In this document: piece after piece, positions 50,676 through 62,396 of the stretch | Numbering within the stretch: the stretch's first letter is position 1 | Layout of the letters: every line of letters begins with the position of its first letter | Assembly (NCBI GenBank): GCA_963675595.2 | Contig: CAXXLZ010000002.1 | Span: 4,096,001 to 4,160,000 of the forward strand | From: Thermodesulfobacteriota bacterium | GTDB taxonomy: Bacteria > Desulfobacterota > Desulfarculia > JACQYL01 | Direction of reading: 5' to 3' | Length of the DNA stretch: 64,000 nt | The notes under the pieces: generated by a model | Told to the model about the DNA's origin: nothing | Databases searched by the model: none | Seen by the model: the letters and a program-made list of their open reading frames with translations, nothing else | Translations under genes and position numbers: made by a program

Positions 50676-51899
50676 ATGAACCCATTGGATATTTTTCAGG
50701 AACGCGGTTTCGTGGAACAGGTCACGGACGCGGAGCTTGTGGCGAATCTCTTCAAGGAACAGGTCACCGCGTACATCGGGTTTGATCCCACCGCCAGCAG
50801 CCTGCATGTGGGGAGCCTGGTGCCCATCATGAGCCTGGCCCATCTCCAGCGAAACGGGCATCGACCCATTGCCCTGGTGGGCGGCGGAACGGCCATGGTG
50901 GGGGACCCCAGCGGCAAGACCGAGATGCGCCAGATGCTCACCAAGGAGACCATTCGGGAGAACGCGGAGGGCCTCAAGCGGCAGCTTTCCCGGTACATCG
51001 ACTTCTCGGAGGGCGGCGCGCTTCTCGTGAACAACGCGGACTGGCTCGAGGACTTGAAATACATCGATTTCCTGCGGGACATCGGCAAACACTTCAGCGT
51101 CAACCGCATGCTTGCAGCGGAGAGCTATCGCATACGCCTCGAAACGGGCTTGAGCTTCATCGAGTTCAATTACATGCTGCTTCAGGCCTACGACTTTCTG
51201 ATCCTCCACCGGAGAACCGGGTGCAAGCTGCAAATGGGCGGGAACGATCAGTGGGGCAACATCCTGGCCGGCACGGAGCTGATCCGCAGGATGGACGGTG
51301 AGGACGCCCATGGGTTGACCTTCCCCCTCATCACCACCGCCTCCGGGGAGAAGATGGGCAAGACCCACAAAGGCGCGGTGTGGCTGGACAAGGAACGCAC
51401 CTCTCCCTACGACTATTACCAGTATTGGATCAACACGGACGATCGGGACGTGGAACGCTTCCTAAGGCTGTTCACCTTCCTGCCCATGGACGAAGTGCGA
51501 CGGTACGGGGCCTTGCAGGGAGAGGAGCTGAGGGAGGCCAAACAGGTGCTGGCCTTCGAAGCCACTCGAATCACCCACGGGGACGAGGAGGCTCAAAAGG
51601 CGCGCGACGCCGCCAAGAGCGCCTTCGGAGTTGGAGACGGCACCGCGGAGGGCATCCCGGAAACCGTGGTGGAGCGCGGTCGCATCGAACAGGGCATCGA
51701 CGCCTTCGTGCTTTTCGAAGAAGTGGGATTGTGCGATTCCAGGGGTGCGGCCCGACGGCTCATCAGTCAGGGCGGCGGGTACGTGAACCAGCGCCGTCTG
51801 GAATCCTTCGACGAGTCCATCACCCTGACCGACGTGCAGGACGGCATGATTCTGCTCAAAGCCGGCAAGAAGAAAATACACCGGGTCCGCGTGGCATAA
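50676..51899 (+). CDS. tyrS: Tyrosyl-tRNA synthetase
   Basis: YIGFDPTASSLHVGS, QMGGNDQWGNI, KMGKT and C-terminal S4 domain (GKKK). Confidence 0.97.
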   Translation: MNPLDIFQERGFVEQVTDAELVANLFKEQVTAYIGFDPTASSLHVGSLVPIMSLAHLQRNGHRPIALVGGGTAMVGDPSGKTEMRQMLTKETIRENAEGLKRQLSRYIDFSEGGALLVNNADWLEDLKYIDFLRDIGKHFSVNRMLAAESYRIRLETGLSFIEFNYMLLQAYDFLILHRRTGCKLQMGGNDQWGNILAGTELIRRMDGEDAHGLTFPLITTASGEKMGKTHKGAVWLDKERTSPYDYYQYWINTDDRDVERFLRLFTFLPMDEVRRYGALQGEELREAKQVLAFEATRITHGDEEAQKARDAAKSAFGVGDGTAEGIPETVVERGRIEQGIDAFVLFEEVGLCDSRGAARRLISQGGGYVNQRRLESFDESITLTDVQDGMILLKAGKKKIHRVRVA

Positions 51900-52256
51900 G
51901 CTTGAGGATTTGCGGGGAAAAACTTTCGAGAAAGTTTTTCCCCGCACCCCTTTTCAAAGCGTTCCAAGTGATCCTCGCCGCCTTCGGCGGAGAGGATCAC
52001 GGCGGGAATGAATATCGTGACCGGCAACCTGTGTTTAGAGAGTGCCGAACCCCGATTGCGAAGCGTAACCGAGCAACCCGCTTAAAAAGTTTAGGAAGCA
52101 ACTGTGTTCTTTGTCAACTGAGTTGTTTGTCACTGATTCCTATGAAGCTGTAACACGGCGCTTGCTAGGCGCGGCACGCGTGGGGCTGCCGCGCGCAAGC
52201 ACCGCGCCACAGCAGACCACGGCAGCATCGGTTAACCGATGTGATACATAAACCGG

Positions 52257-53420
<1,164 letters not shown>

Positions 53421-53514
53421 CTAAATATACAAGGGGTCCGGGAAACCTTTTTCAAAAGTTTCCCCGGCCTGTTATTTCTGTTTTTTCGATAGGCTTACTT
53501 TTACTTCTTCCTCC

Positions 53515-53979
53515 ATGGAAATTGTACTCTACCAGCCCGAAATCCCGCCCAACACGGGGAACGTAGCCCGACTGTGCGCGGCCACGGATACGCCGCTGCA
53601 TTTGATACGACCTTTGGGATTCAGTCTGGAGGATCGATACCTGCGCCGGGCCGGGCTGGACTATTGGCCTCATGTGAACCTGCAAGTGTGGGACGGCTAC
53701 GAGGAGTTCGTCCGAGCCAGGGGCGGCGCCCGCATGGTGTATACTTCGGCCCGTCAGGGGAGGCTTGTTTTCGACTTTTCGTTCCGTGAGGGAGACTGCC
53801 TGGTTTTCGGTCCTGAAACCCGGGGATGCCCCAAGGAACTGCTGGACGCGGACGAGGCCCACGTGGTCCGTATTCCCATCGGCCACAAGGTGCGCAGCCT
53901 CAACATGGCTACCGCGGCCGGTATCGTGCTGTTCGAAGCCCTCAGACAGACCCGCTATTCCGAACCTTCCCGCATTTGA
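53515..53979 (+). CDS. trmL: tRNA (cytidine/uridine-34-2'-O)-methyltransferase
   Basis: LYQPEIPPNTGNVARLC, RRAGLDYW, FGPETRG and RSLN. Confidence 0.95.
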   Translation: MEIVLYQPEIPPNTGNVARLCAATDTPLHLIRPLGFSLEDRYLRRAGLDYWPHVNLQVWDGYEEFVRARGGARMVYTSARQGRLVFDFSFREGDCLVFGPETRGCPKELLDADEAHVVRIPIGHKVRSLNMATAAGIVLFEALRQTRYSEPSRI

Positions 53980-54194
53980 GCCCCAAGCCGACTCAGAACA
54001 TGTAAGCCGTGACGCCCTCGTCGAGAGCTCCGGTCATTACATGCCCGCCAACCTGTCCTCAGAGAACGCCGAACTTCCCTTGGGAAGCGCAACGCGGCAG
54101 ACCGCTTGCACCTACTCACGGGGTCAATACAACTTGGCTGTACGCATTGTCACCGCTTGCTTTTTGCCGGCTTGGCAATCCACTCACCGCACGG

Positions 54195-54288
54195 AGCCTC
54201 TCCGCCGGAGGCGGTGAGGCCTGCTTAGAGTTTTTTGAAGGGGGGTTCCGGGGGGGAACTTTTTTAAAAGTTCTCCCCCGTGAATGCA
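54195..54288. repeat. REP-like family B copy
   Basis: Close match to 24258-24349. Confidence 0.8.
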
Positions 54289-54326
54289 TACGAGCATTTT
54301 GCCCCGGGGGCTTGCTACGGCATGCC

Positions 54327-55031
54327 TCAGAAGGCGTCCGCCGGCGCATGAAACATGTAGCCCACGCCCGGCACGGTGAGGATGCAGCGGGGGGTCTCCG
54401 GGGATTTCTCGATCTTGGTCCGAAGGTTGCGGATGTGCATGTCGATGGTTCGGCTCCACTCATAGAGTTTCGCTTCCGGCCACACCGCCTTCTTGATTTG
54501 CGCCCGGTCCAACACTCTGCCTTCATGGCGGGCGAGGAGGGTGAGCAGGTCGAACTCCTTGCGGGTCAGGGGGACCTTGCGTGCGCCTACAACGGCGCTG
54601 CGTGTGTCGGGATCAATGGAGAGGGCGCCGAAAACCAGGGTTTCTCTGAGGGGAAACGAGGCTTTGCCTCTCCGCAGACAGGCGTTCACCCTGGCGGCCA
54701 GTTCAAGGTAATCGAAAGGTTTCACCACGTAGTCGTCCGCGCCGCTTTCCAGGCCCAACACCTTGTCCGTCACCCGGTCTTTGGCCGTGAGCATGACGAT
54801 GGGCACCTCCGAGGTCTTGCGGATGACTCGGCAGACCTGGATCCCGTCCACGTCCGGGAGCATGACGTCCAGGATGACCAAATCCGGTTTCTCCCCGGAA
54901 GCAAGCTCCAACCCGGCTTTTCCGGAATCGGCGGTGAGCACGCGGTAGCCGTCCAGTTCCAGGTTGTCTCGCAGGATGGCGAGAATGTCCGGATCGTCAT
55001 CCACGACCAGGATTTTCGCGTTGGGCATCAT
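54327..55031 (-). CDS. OmpR/PhoB-family response regulator
   Basis: REC plus winged helix (LTRKEFDLL, RTIDMHIRNLRTKIE, TVPGVGY). Confidence 0.93.
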   Translation of the reverse strand: MMPNAKILVVDDDPDILAILRDNLELDGYRVLTADSGKAGLELASGEKPDLVILDVMLPDVDGIQVCRVIRKTSEVPIVMLTAKDRVTDKVLGLESGADDYVVKPFDYLELAARVNACLRRGKASFPLRETLVFGALSIDPDTRSAVVGARKVPLTRKEFDLLTLLARHEGRVLDRAQIKKAVWPEAKLYEWSRTIDMHIRNLRTKIEKSPETPRCILTVPGVGYMFHAPADAF

Positions 55032-56652
55032 CCGACTCCAGGGGAAGGGTGAAGATGAAAAGAGACCCCGAACCGGGTTTGCTTTCCAGTCGGATCGAAC
55101 CTCCATGGGCCTCAACCAAACCTTTGCAGATGGCCAGGCCGATTCCATGGGAAGCCCGGAGTCCGGATGCCGGTTTCCCTTGTTGCGGCCCCTGCCGGTA
55201 CTTCTCGAACACGGCCTCGTGATATTCTTCCGGGATTCCGGGTCCCGAGTCCCGCACCGAAACCTCCACATATCCGTCGGCTTGTGCGATGGATATGCGA
55301 ACCGTCCCGCCCGCGGGAGAAAATTTCAGGGCGTTGGAAACCAGATTGCTGAGCACCTGGAATATTCGTTTTTCGTCAAATGACAAAATCAGCAGGTCGG
55401 GTGCTTCGATCTCCAGGGACACGCTTCGGGCCTGCGCCTCGGCGGTTTGCGATTCCACCACTTCCCGGGCGATGGTGGAGATGGAGGCCGGCTTCAGGTC
55501 CAACTCGAGATGGCCGGTTTCGAGCCTGGAGTAGTCCAGCAGGTCCACCACGGTTTTGATGAGAAACTCCGTGTTTTTCTTGATAATGCGCAAGTACGTC
55601 GGGTCGTTGCAGGTTCCCTTGCGTTCCAGCGTGTCGGCCGCCCCTTTGATGGAAGTCAGCGGAGTCCGCAACTCATGGGAGATGTCCGTAAAGAATTCCC
55701 GGCCGGCCCGGTTGAGCATGGAAAGCCGTTGGTTGGCTTCCGTGAGTTTGGTGTTGGTTTCCGACAGGTCTCGGGTGGCCTCGTTGATTTTCCCCTCTAG
55801 TTCCCGATTCTGGTCCCTGAGCCTTTGATTGAGTTCCTGAAGGCGCTCCGCCACTTCTCCGAGTTCGTCGGTGCCGGTGGAGTTCGGGCGATCGGGAGGC
55901 AGCGCATCCGTGAGCTGCTGGAGATTCCGTATTCTCTTGAACACCAGGGCCCTGGCGGACAGGAAGAGCACGCCGATAACGGAGCCGGCCAAGGCGAGCA
56001 GTGAGAAGACCAGGAGATAGGTGTTGCGACGGATGGCCTCTCGCGCTCGGTCCATGGGCACGTTGACGCTGATGCAACCTCCTATGTCGCCGGGTTCCAG
56101 ATTGCGGGAGTCATGGCACGACAGGCAACTGGGTTGTACGACCAAAGGGGCCGCGTACCTGAAGACGGTTTGCCCGTCCACGACCTGGATGCGGTCGACT
56201 CCGGTGAGGTCCCCGCTCCGGAAACGAGCCAGCGCCTCCGATTCGAACTCGTCCGGTTTGTTCTTCGGGTTGAGGCAATCGGTGTTGGTGAGGTTGAAAG
56301 AGTAAAGTCCGCTCTCGGCCGCATAGCGGCTTAGTTCTCTCGTCAGCATGGAGGGGGTGATCACTGCGTAAGCGTTGCCCATATTGTCCGTTACCTGGGG
56401 GTGGACCTGTAAGAAATCGGACTCCATGCCGGGGTGTTTGCGTACCAGAATATGGTTGTGATCCGAGACCCATCTTCTGGTGAGTACGATCTGCTCGTGA
56501 AGAATCACGGCCTGTTTTTTGACCTGTTCGAGAATGTATCCCCGTTCGAGTTCGGCTAGGGCGCAGAACAACAAGCCGAACATGAGCAGTATGATGCCGG
56601 ATGTGACAAGGAAGTATTTGAGAGAAATACGGCGTCGAATGAAACTCAGCAT
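54997..56652 (-). CDS. Sensor histidine kinase with periplasmic c-heme (DUF3365-like) domain
   Basis: NPKNKPDEFE...FRYAAPL...CLSCH between two TM segments, ISHELRTPL and HATPase. Confidence 0.9.
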   Translation of the reverse strand: MLSFIRRRISLKYFLVTSGIILLMFGLLFCALAELERGYILEQVKKQAVILHEQIVLTRRWVSDHNHILVRKHPGMESDFLQVHPQVTDNMGNAYAVITPSMLTRELSRYAAESGLYSFNLTNTDCLNPKNKPDEFESEALARFRSGDLTGVDRIQVVDGQTVFRYAAPLVVQPSCLSCHDSRNLEPGDIGGCISVNVPMDRAREAIRRNTYLLVFSLLALAGSVIGVLFLSARALVFKRIRNLQQLTDALPPDRPNSTGTDELGEVAERLQELNQRLRDQNRELEGKINEATRDLSETNTKLTEANQRLSMLNRAGREFFTDISHELRTPLTSIKGAADTLERKGTCNDPTYLRIIKKNTEFLIKTVVDLLDYSRLETGHLELDLKPASISTIAREVVESQTAEAQARSVSLEIEAPDLLILSFDEKRIFQVLSNLVSNALKFSPAGGTVRISIAQADGYVEVSVRDSGPGIPEEYHEAVFEKYRQGPQQGKPASGLRASHGIGLAICKGLVEAHGGSIRLESKPGSGSLFIFTLPLESDDAQRENPGRG

Positions 56653-56781
56653 GGGAATCTTTCTCGGCACGGGTCCCGTGCAGGTCGAGAAGTTCGAAGT
56701 GAGTTTGGTGGTACGTTGCCGGGGGAGGTCGTCAATGCGTGCCTAACATCTTTTTACCTCAAAAGATGCGGGATCTGCAAA

Positions 56782-56836
56782 TTTACAATTCCTTTACCGC
56801 CTTTTACCTCCGATTTACCCGACCCTACCGTATACT
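56782..56836 (+). promoter_or_regulatory. Tandem TTTAC boxes plus -10 (TATACT)
   Basis: TTTAC at 56782, 56793, 56803 and 56814 (10-11 bp period). TATACT at 56831. Confidence 0.65.
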
Positions 56837-56911
56837 ATTTTCATGTAACGGATATCAGGTCCTCCGGAACTCGTAACCCTTGGAGTCCGCCGTAAACGGG
56901 AAGGGGGTATT

Positions 56912-57463
56912 ATGAGGCCTTCTATGAAGGTGGCCCTTTATATTTGCATCGGAATTCTCATCGCCTTTCCGCTCTTCAGCCTCGCCTATTCCACCATGGT
57001 ACGCACTTCATCTCCTCAATTCTGCGTGCTGTGCCACGAGATTCGACCCGCCTACAACAGTTGGAAGACTTCGACGCATGTGAACAACCCCCAGGGGTTC
57101 GTGGCCCAGTGCATGGACTGCCACCTGCCCGCTCCTCACGACACGGTGGATTTCTTCTATGCCAAGACCATGCACGGCATCAAAGACATCTTCATGCACT
57201 TCACCATGGATGAATACGACCGGGACAAGAACCGGGGCGTGGCCTACGCTTCCATTAAAAACGACCAGTGCCTGAAGTGCCATCGCAACCTGCTGTACAT
57301 TCCGAACAAACGGGGCGCCATGCTGGCTCACAGGTCGGTGATGTATCCCAGGCCGGGATATGAAAAACGCTGTCTCGACTGCCACAAGAACTTGGTGCAC
57401 ACGCCCAGGGACTTCTACAACTACAAGCAGTATGGGTTGGAATACGCCGCGACCGGATTGTGA
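56912..57463 (+). CDS. NapC/NrfH-family tetraheme quinol dehydrogenase
   Basis: N-terminal TM segment and CVLCH, CMDCH, CLKCH, CLDCH. Confidence 0.9.
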   Translation: MRPSMKVALYICIGILIAFPLFSLAYSTMVRTSSPQFCVLCHEIRPAYNSWKTSTHVNNPQGFVAQCMDCHLPAPHDTVDFFYAKTMHGIKDIFMHFTMDEYDRDKNRGVAYASIKNDQCLKCHRNLLYIPNKRGAMLAHRSVMYPRPGYEKRCLDCHKNLVHTPRDFYNYKQYGLEYAATGL

Positions 57464-57509
57464 GGTTTCGGCCTCAAAGAATTTTCAGGTTTTCGAGAGG
57501 AGGCGCAGC

Positions 57510-58916
57510 ATGAAAAGACGAACAATGGTCATGTGGTGGGCCGTGGTGCTGATCGCGGCGGCGTTTTGGGTCGCAAGTCCGCTGAATGCGACGGCTCAAC
57601 AGGCGACCAACCAACCCAAAGTCAAGGAATTCAGAATCGAGCGCGGTATGCCCGAGGAGGCCGTGGCGTGTATCGCCTGCCATAAGCAGGAGCATCCGGG
57701 CCTTTTCACCGACTGGTCCATGAGCCGACACGCGTCTGCCGGCATCACCTGTTATGACTGCCACAGAGCGGAATCCTTCGATCCCGATGTGAGCACGGAA
57801 CACTACAAGCAGTATGAGCGCTCGGACATGCCCTACGGCACACAGAAATACAAGGTGGCGGTAGCCGGCGTGGTGACGCCCAAGGACTGTTCCCGCTGCC
57901 ATCCGGATGAAGCTATACAGTACGCCCGCAGCAAGCACGCCAACACCTTGGAGGTCATCTGGCAGATCGACCCCTGGTTGAATAAAGGAATGAACAGCGA
58001 TTTCGAGCGGGCGTCGGGGTGCTATTACTGCCACGGCACCATTATCAAGATGGAGGGCGGGAAGATGGACCCGGCGACCTGGCCCAATGTGGGGGTGGGC
58101 CGGGTGAATCCGGACGGGAGTCGGGGGAGCTGTACGAGCTGTCACACCCGCCATCGGTTCTCGGTCATGGAAGCGAGAAAACCCGAGGCATGCGGTCAGT
58201 GCCACCTGGGACCGGACCATCCACAGATCGAAATCTACATGGAGTCCAAGCACGGGGACATCTACACGGCCCACGGCGATGAATACAACTGGAACGCCGC
58301 GCCGGGCACCTGGACCGCCGGGGTGGATTTCCGAGGACCCACCTGCGCGTCCTGCCATATGTCGGGGACCGGCAATGTGTTCACTTCCCACGACGTTACG
58401 GAACGGCTCGCCTGGGAGCTTCAGGCGCCTCTCACCGTCCGACCTTCCGATTTCAAGCCGTTTCCCGCCAAGACCAATTTCAAGGTGGAGCGGGATAAGA
58501 TGAAGGAAGTGTGCAAACAGTGCCACGGCAAGTCCTGGACGGACTCCCATTTCGCGCGGCTCGACAAGGTGGTCGAGGAATACAATGAAGTCTATTTCAA
58601 ACCGGCCAAGACCTTGTTTGATCAATTGTACGAAAAAGGCCTTCTGGATAAGACCAAGTTTTTCGACGAGAAACCCGAAGTGGAGTTCTATGAGCTCTGG
58701 CATCACGAGGGTCGAAGAGCCCGCATGGGGACCGCCATGATGGCTCCGGACTATACCTGGTGGCACGGGTTCTACGAGTGCAAGAAGCGGTTCGTGGATT
58801 TCACGGAAATGGCGCACGATATGATCGATAAAAATGAAAAGGCCTACGTGGCCAAAGACTTCCCCAATGCCACGGGCGACACCACCCGGCCGCCGGAAAC
58901 CATGCCCCGGAAGTAA
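57510..58916 (+). CDS. Octaheme hydroxylamine-oxidoreductase-family cytochrome c (reductive/epsilon-Hao type)
   Basis: Signal peptide, 8 CxxCH, CGQCHLGPDHPQ and MMAPDYTWWHG. Confidence 0.88.
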   Translation: MKRRTMVMWWAVVLIAAAFWVASPLNATAQQATNQPKVKEFRIERGMPEEAVACIACHKQEHPGLFTDWSMSRHASAGITCYDCHRAESFDPDVSTEHYKQYERSDMPYGTQKYKVAVAGVVTPKDCSRCHPDEAIQYARSKHANTLEVIWQIDPWLNKGMNSDFERASGCYYCHGTIIKMEGGKMDPATWPNVGVGRVNPDGSRGSCTSCHTRHRFSVMEARKPEACGQCHLGPDHPQIEIYMESKHGDIYTAHGDEYNWNAAPGTWTAGVDFRGPTCASCHMSGTGNVFTSHDVTERLAWELQAPLTVRPSDFKPFPAKTNFKVERDKMKEVCKQCHGKSWTDSHFARLDKVVEEYNEVYFKPAKTLFDQLYEKGLLDKTKFFDEKPEVEFYELWHHEGRRARMGTAMMAPDYTWWHGFYECKKRFVDFTEMAHDMIDKNEKAYVAKDFPNATGDTTRPPETMPRK

Positions 58917-58951
58917 AGGACCGATCGGCAAGACGGTCTTTCCTCCCAGCC

Positions 58952-58985
58952 TCCCGCCCCCGTTCCACGAGGGCGGGATTTTTTT
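58952..58985 (+). terminator. Rho-independent terminator
   Basis: tcccgccc-loop-gggcggga followed by a T tract. Confidence 0.7.
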
Positions 58986-59024
58986 CGTTCGCGGGAGCAC
59001 TTTTTAAATGAAGTTCGCCCGTGT

Positions 59025-60998
59025 ATGATCGGTTCCATGGTCTTGAATCGAAGAGGTTTGTCACGGGTGAGGATTTGGGGCGGAATCCCGCTTTGGATCA
59101 TGGTCGCGGTTTGGCTGCTTTCGAGCTGCCGGAGCGTTGCGGGAGCGGAACCTCGAGATAATGAGTGCCTGTCCTGCCACGCCGGCATCGAGACCATCAG
59201 TGATCACCACCGCTTTCCCTGCGTGGATTGTCACGGAGGAAACCCGGCAAGCCTCACGACCGAAGAAGCGCACCGAGGGCTCGTTCTCAACCCCTCCGCC
59301 CTGGACCATGCTCCATCCAAGTGCGGCGCCTGCCACCACGATGAGGTTGCCTGCGTATCACGGTCCCTGATGGCCACGGCCGCGGGACTCATCAACCAGA
59401 CGCGGGCGGCTTTTGGAAATCAGGACCTCGGGGAGGTTCGGTACGCCGTGACTCCGGTGGACGTTCTAAAGCGGCTGCCCGAGCCGACCGAGGAGACTCT
59501 GGTGGACGACCTGCTGCGGCGCAGGTGTCTGAGGTGCCACTTGCGGATTCCCGGCGTTTCACGAAGAGGGGATCATCACGCCGAGGGATGCGCCGCGTGC
59601 CATGTGCTTTATGCGGACGACGGTCTGCCTCGAACCGGCGATCAGGCGATCCGAGACGCGGTCAAAGCGCGTGCCGGCCAAAGCAGAGCCTACCCGGTGG
59701 CGCATCGGTTCACCACCCGAATTCCCACGAAACAGTGCGCCCATTGCCACAACGGCAACCGGGTGGGCGCTGATTACATGGGAATGTTCGAACGGGATCA
59801 TCATCAGGCCTACCGGTTCCTGTCGCCGGACGGAGAAAGCTTTGTCCCGCTGTACGGATTGGATCATCATCGACTGTTACCGGACGTTCACTTCGAACGG
59901 GGCCTTCACTGCATCGACTGCCACGTTCAGTCGGAACTCATGGGGGACGGTCGGTTGCACGGATTCTCGCATCAGGCATTGAAGGTCACGTGCAGGGATT
60001 GCCATGGAACGCCGGCGACCGCTCCGACGGCGGTGGAGGTCGTCTCCTCGGATCGGCGCGTGCTCGCGCCGGCCCGCTTGAATCCTCTGGTCAACCTGGA
60101 ACCCGGAGACCGGGTGATCCAAACCTCAAGCGGTGAGCGGTTGCCCAACGTTCGACGGTTGGCGGGAGACGTGGTGCTCACTTCCAAGGTGACGGGTAAG
60201 AACCATCGGGTTCCCGTCCTGCACGGGCTTACCGAACAGCCGGTGGATCATCGGATTCCGGAACACATTTCGAACATGACCTGCCATTCGTGCCATGCGG
60301 CCTGGTCGTTCCAGGACTACGGGCTTCATTTGTTTCGGGAAGACGTGCCCCGTTACGAGAAATGGCGTCCGCTTTGGGCTCAAAACGATCCTCAGGTACA
60401 GAAACTTCTGGCGGAGAATCTGGTGTTGGAACCGGAACAGCGGGTCGTTCCGCGAAGTCGGGACTATCTTAGCGGTGAAATTCGCACGGGGGTCTGGTTT
60501 TCAGGGTGGAGCCTCCGACGATGGGCGGGCAACGTGCTGGGTCGCGGCATGGACGGAATGGTCCGGGTGTTTCGACCTTATTACCAGTACGTGGTGACCT
60601 GGGTGGACCGGCTGGGAGTGGTTCGTTGGGACGGGCGCATTCCCGAGACGCGGGGCGGCCGGCCGGGACTCATCATGAATCCCTACGCTCCTCATACCAT
60701 CCGTAAACAAGTGGTTCGCTGTGAGGGTTGTCACCTGAATCCGAAGGCGGCGGGATTGGGAAACCTGGAATTCGTCGAGCGGGACGGGCGCATGATCGCC
60801 GTGCCCCTCGAGTCCGCCGCCGAAAATGGTTTGGACGTGGATTTTCCTCTGTGCCGTATGGTGGATTTGGATGGAGAACCGCTGCAGGCGTCCACGCTTC
60901 CCGGAGCCCGACCGTTCAACCGAAGCGAGATTCGGAGTCTGTTGGTTGCTTCCAAAACCTACCAACGGACTCGTCTGGAGGACTTGGCGGACCGTTGA
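59025..60998 (+). CDS. Decaheme cytochrome c (ExtM-like)
   Basis: 10 CxxCH motifs and an N-terminal export/lipoprotein-like segment (LLSSC). Confidence 0.8.
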   Translation: MIGSMVLNRRGLSRVRIWGGIPLWIMVAVWLLSSCRSVAGAEPRDNECLSCHAGIETISDHHRFPCVDCHGGNPASLTTEEAHRGLVLNPSALDHAPSKCGACHHDEVACVSRSLMATAAGLINQTRAAFGNQDLGEVRYAVTPVDVLKRLPEPTEETLVDDLLRRRCLRCHLRIPGVSRRGDHHAEGCAACHVLYADDGLPRTGDQAIRDAVKARAGQSRAYPVAHRFTTRIPTKQCAHCHNGNRVGADYMGMFERDHHQAYRFLSPDGESFVPLYGLDHHRLLPDVHFERGLHCIDCHVQSELMGDGRLHGFSHQALKVTCRDCHGTPATAPTAVEVVSSDRRVLAPARLNPLVNLEPGDRVIQTSSGERLPNVRRLAGDVVLTSKVTGKNHRVPVLHGLTEQPVDHRIPEHISNMTCHSCHAAWSFQDYGLHLFREDVPRYEKWRPLWAQNDPQVQKLLAENLVLEPEQRVVPRSRDYLSGEIRTGVWFSGWSLRRWAGNVLGRGMDGMVRVFRPYYQYVVTWVDRLGVVRWDGRIPETRGGRPGLIMNPYAPHTIRKQVVRCEGCHLNPKAAGLGNLEFVERDGRMIAVPLESAAENGLDVDFPLCRMVDLDGEPLQASTLPGARPFNRSEIRSLLVASKTYQRTRLEDLADR

Positions 60999-61071
60999 AA
61001 GACGCGATCCGCGGCGTTGCGCTTCATCCTTTTCCAACGACCTGGAATGCCCCGGCATTTTCAGCGGGCGG

Positions 61072-61515
61072 TCAGGTAGTGTAACCCCAAACGGTCAGTC
61101 CGATGAAAAGGGCCGCGAGGGCGAGAAACACCCAGGTCTCCGGCGTTGAACGATTCTTTGCCGCATGGGCGGATTCCGGACGTTGCCGGCGCGGGAAAGG
61201 GAGCAGGAAGAGACACAGGATTGCGAATAAAGGAAGGATAAGGCCGCCCCATTGCACGGGAAGCACTTTGAGGAGTTGCTGCAGGGCCACGAAGAACCAG
61301 GGGGCGGGGACCTCACCCGCGGCGGGAGGTGCGGCCTCGAAAGGTGCGTCCACAAAAAGGCAGACGGCGAGCAGGGTGCAAAGGAGGATCAAAGCGCAAC
61401 GAAGCTCCTTGAAGAGCAGGGCCTGCCCGTTGGATTCCGGTGTTTCCGGCGCTTCCGGGAGAGGGCCCTCGGAGGGGCCGTCCGCAAGTTGAAGGTTGTC
61501 TGAGTTTTCGGGCAA
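61072..61515 (-). CDS. Cytochrome b C-terminal/subunit-IV-like membrane protein (ExtQ/PetD-like)
   Basis: Three TM segments and DAP...PAPWFF...QQLL...GG..LP...LLPF. Confidence 0.7.
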   Translation of the reverse strand: MPENSDNLQLADGPSEGPLPEAPETPESNGQALLFKELRCALILLCTLLAVCLFVDAPFEAAPPAAGEVPAPWFFVALQQLLKVLPVQWGGLILPLFAILCLFLLPFPRRQRPESAHAAKNRSTPETWVFLALAALFIGLTVWGYTT

Positions 61516-61726
61516 GACCGGTATGCTTCCTTATAAAGGTTGATCGGCGGAACAGGGAAGCCGCTGCGCTCTTGAAAGCGGGCAAGGACCGCTTTCGGAA
61601 AGCCGGGCGATCCGTGGATGGGCGAAGAGCTCGTCGTTCTTCGCCCGGATGCCTAAGGGAGTATCTTCAGCAGCCCGTGGGAAAAGGCCGGTTGCCGCAG
61701 ATCGCGTTTTTCAACAGCCTGTTGGA

Positions 61727-62221
61727 TCAGGGTTGGGTTTCGTCCGGGAGACCGGCGACTTCCACGATCAGTTCGATTTCCACGGGCACGTTTTTGGGCA
61801 GGGCCGCCACGCCCACGGCGGAACGAGCATGCTTGCCGGCGTCGCCGAACACCTCCACCAGCAGGTCGGATGCGCCGTTCAACACCTGGGGCTGTTCGTG
61901 GAACTCCGGGGCGGATTGCACAAACCCCATGACCTTGATCACTCGGCCGACCCGATCCAGGTCCCCCAGGAAACTCCGAAGGGTGCTCAAGAGGAGCAGG
62001 GCCGTGGCACGAGCGGCGCGATAGCCGGCTTCCGTGTCCATGCCCGCTCCGAGAGTTCCGCTCCATTGCGCGGGTTCTCCGGGGAGGTCGAGGCCCACGG
62101 GGATGTGGCCCGAGGTGTACACCAGGTTTCCGGATCGGAGCACGGTTACATAGTTGCCCACGGGGTTCGGCGCGGGCGGCAATACGAGTCCCAAGGACTT
62201 CAAGCGCTTTTCGGCACTCAT
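61727..62221 (-). CDS. RidA/YjgF-family protein
   Basis: LNGASDLLVEVFGDAGKHARSAVGVAALP..VPVEIE. Confidence 0.92.
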   Translation of the reverse strand: MSAEKRLKSLGLVLPPAPNPVGNYVTVLRSGNLVYTSGHIPVGLDLPGEPAQWSGTLGAGMDTEAGYRAARATALLLLSTLRSFLGDLDRVGRVIKVMGFVQSAPEFHEQPQVLNGASDLLVEVFGDAGKHARSAVGVAALPKNVPVEIELIVEVAGLPDETQP

Positions 62222-62396
62222 GACGGTTCCTTTGCGTTCGATGATTCGAGGTTGAGTATTCGCAGTTGAAGGGCAACATAGCACGGCCGGAGGGGACTCT
62301 CCAAGAGGCTTGACGCGGGCTCCGCAGAGAAGGAAGGGCTTGGGGGTGTCGGCCGTCCGGAGGACGGCTCATCCGGGGTCGTACGGGAGGAGGCGA

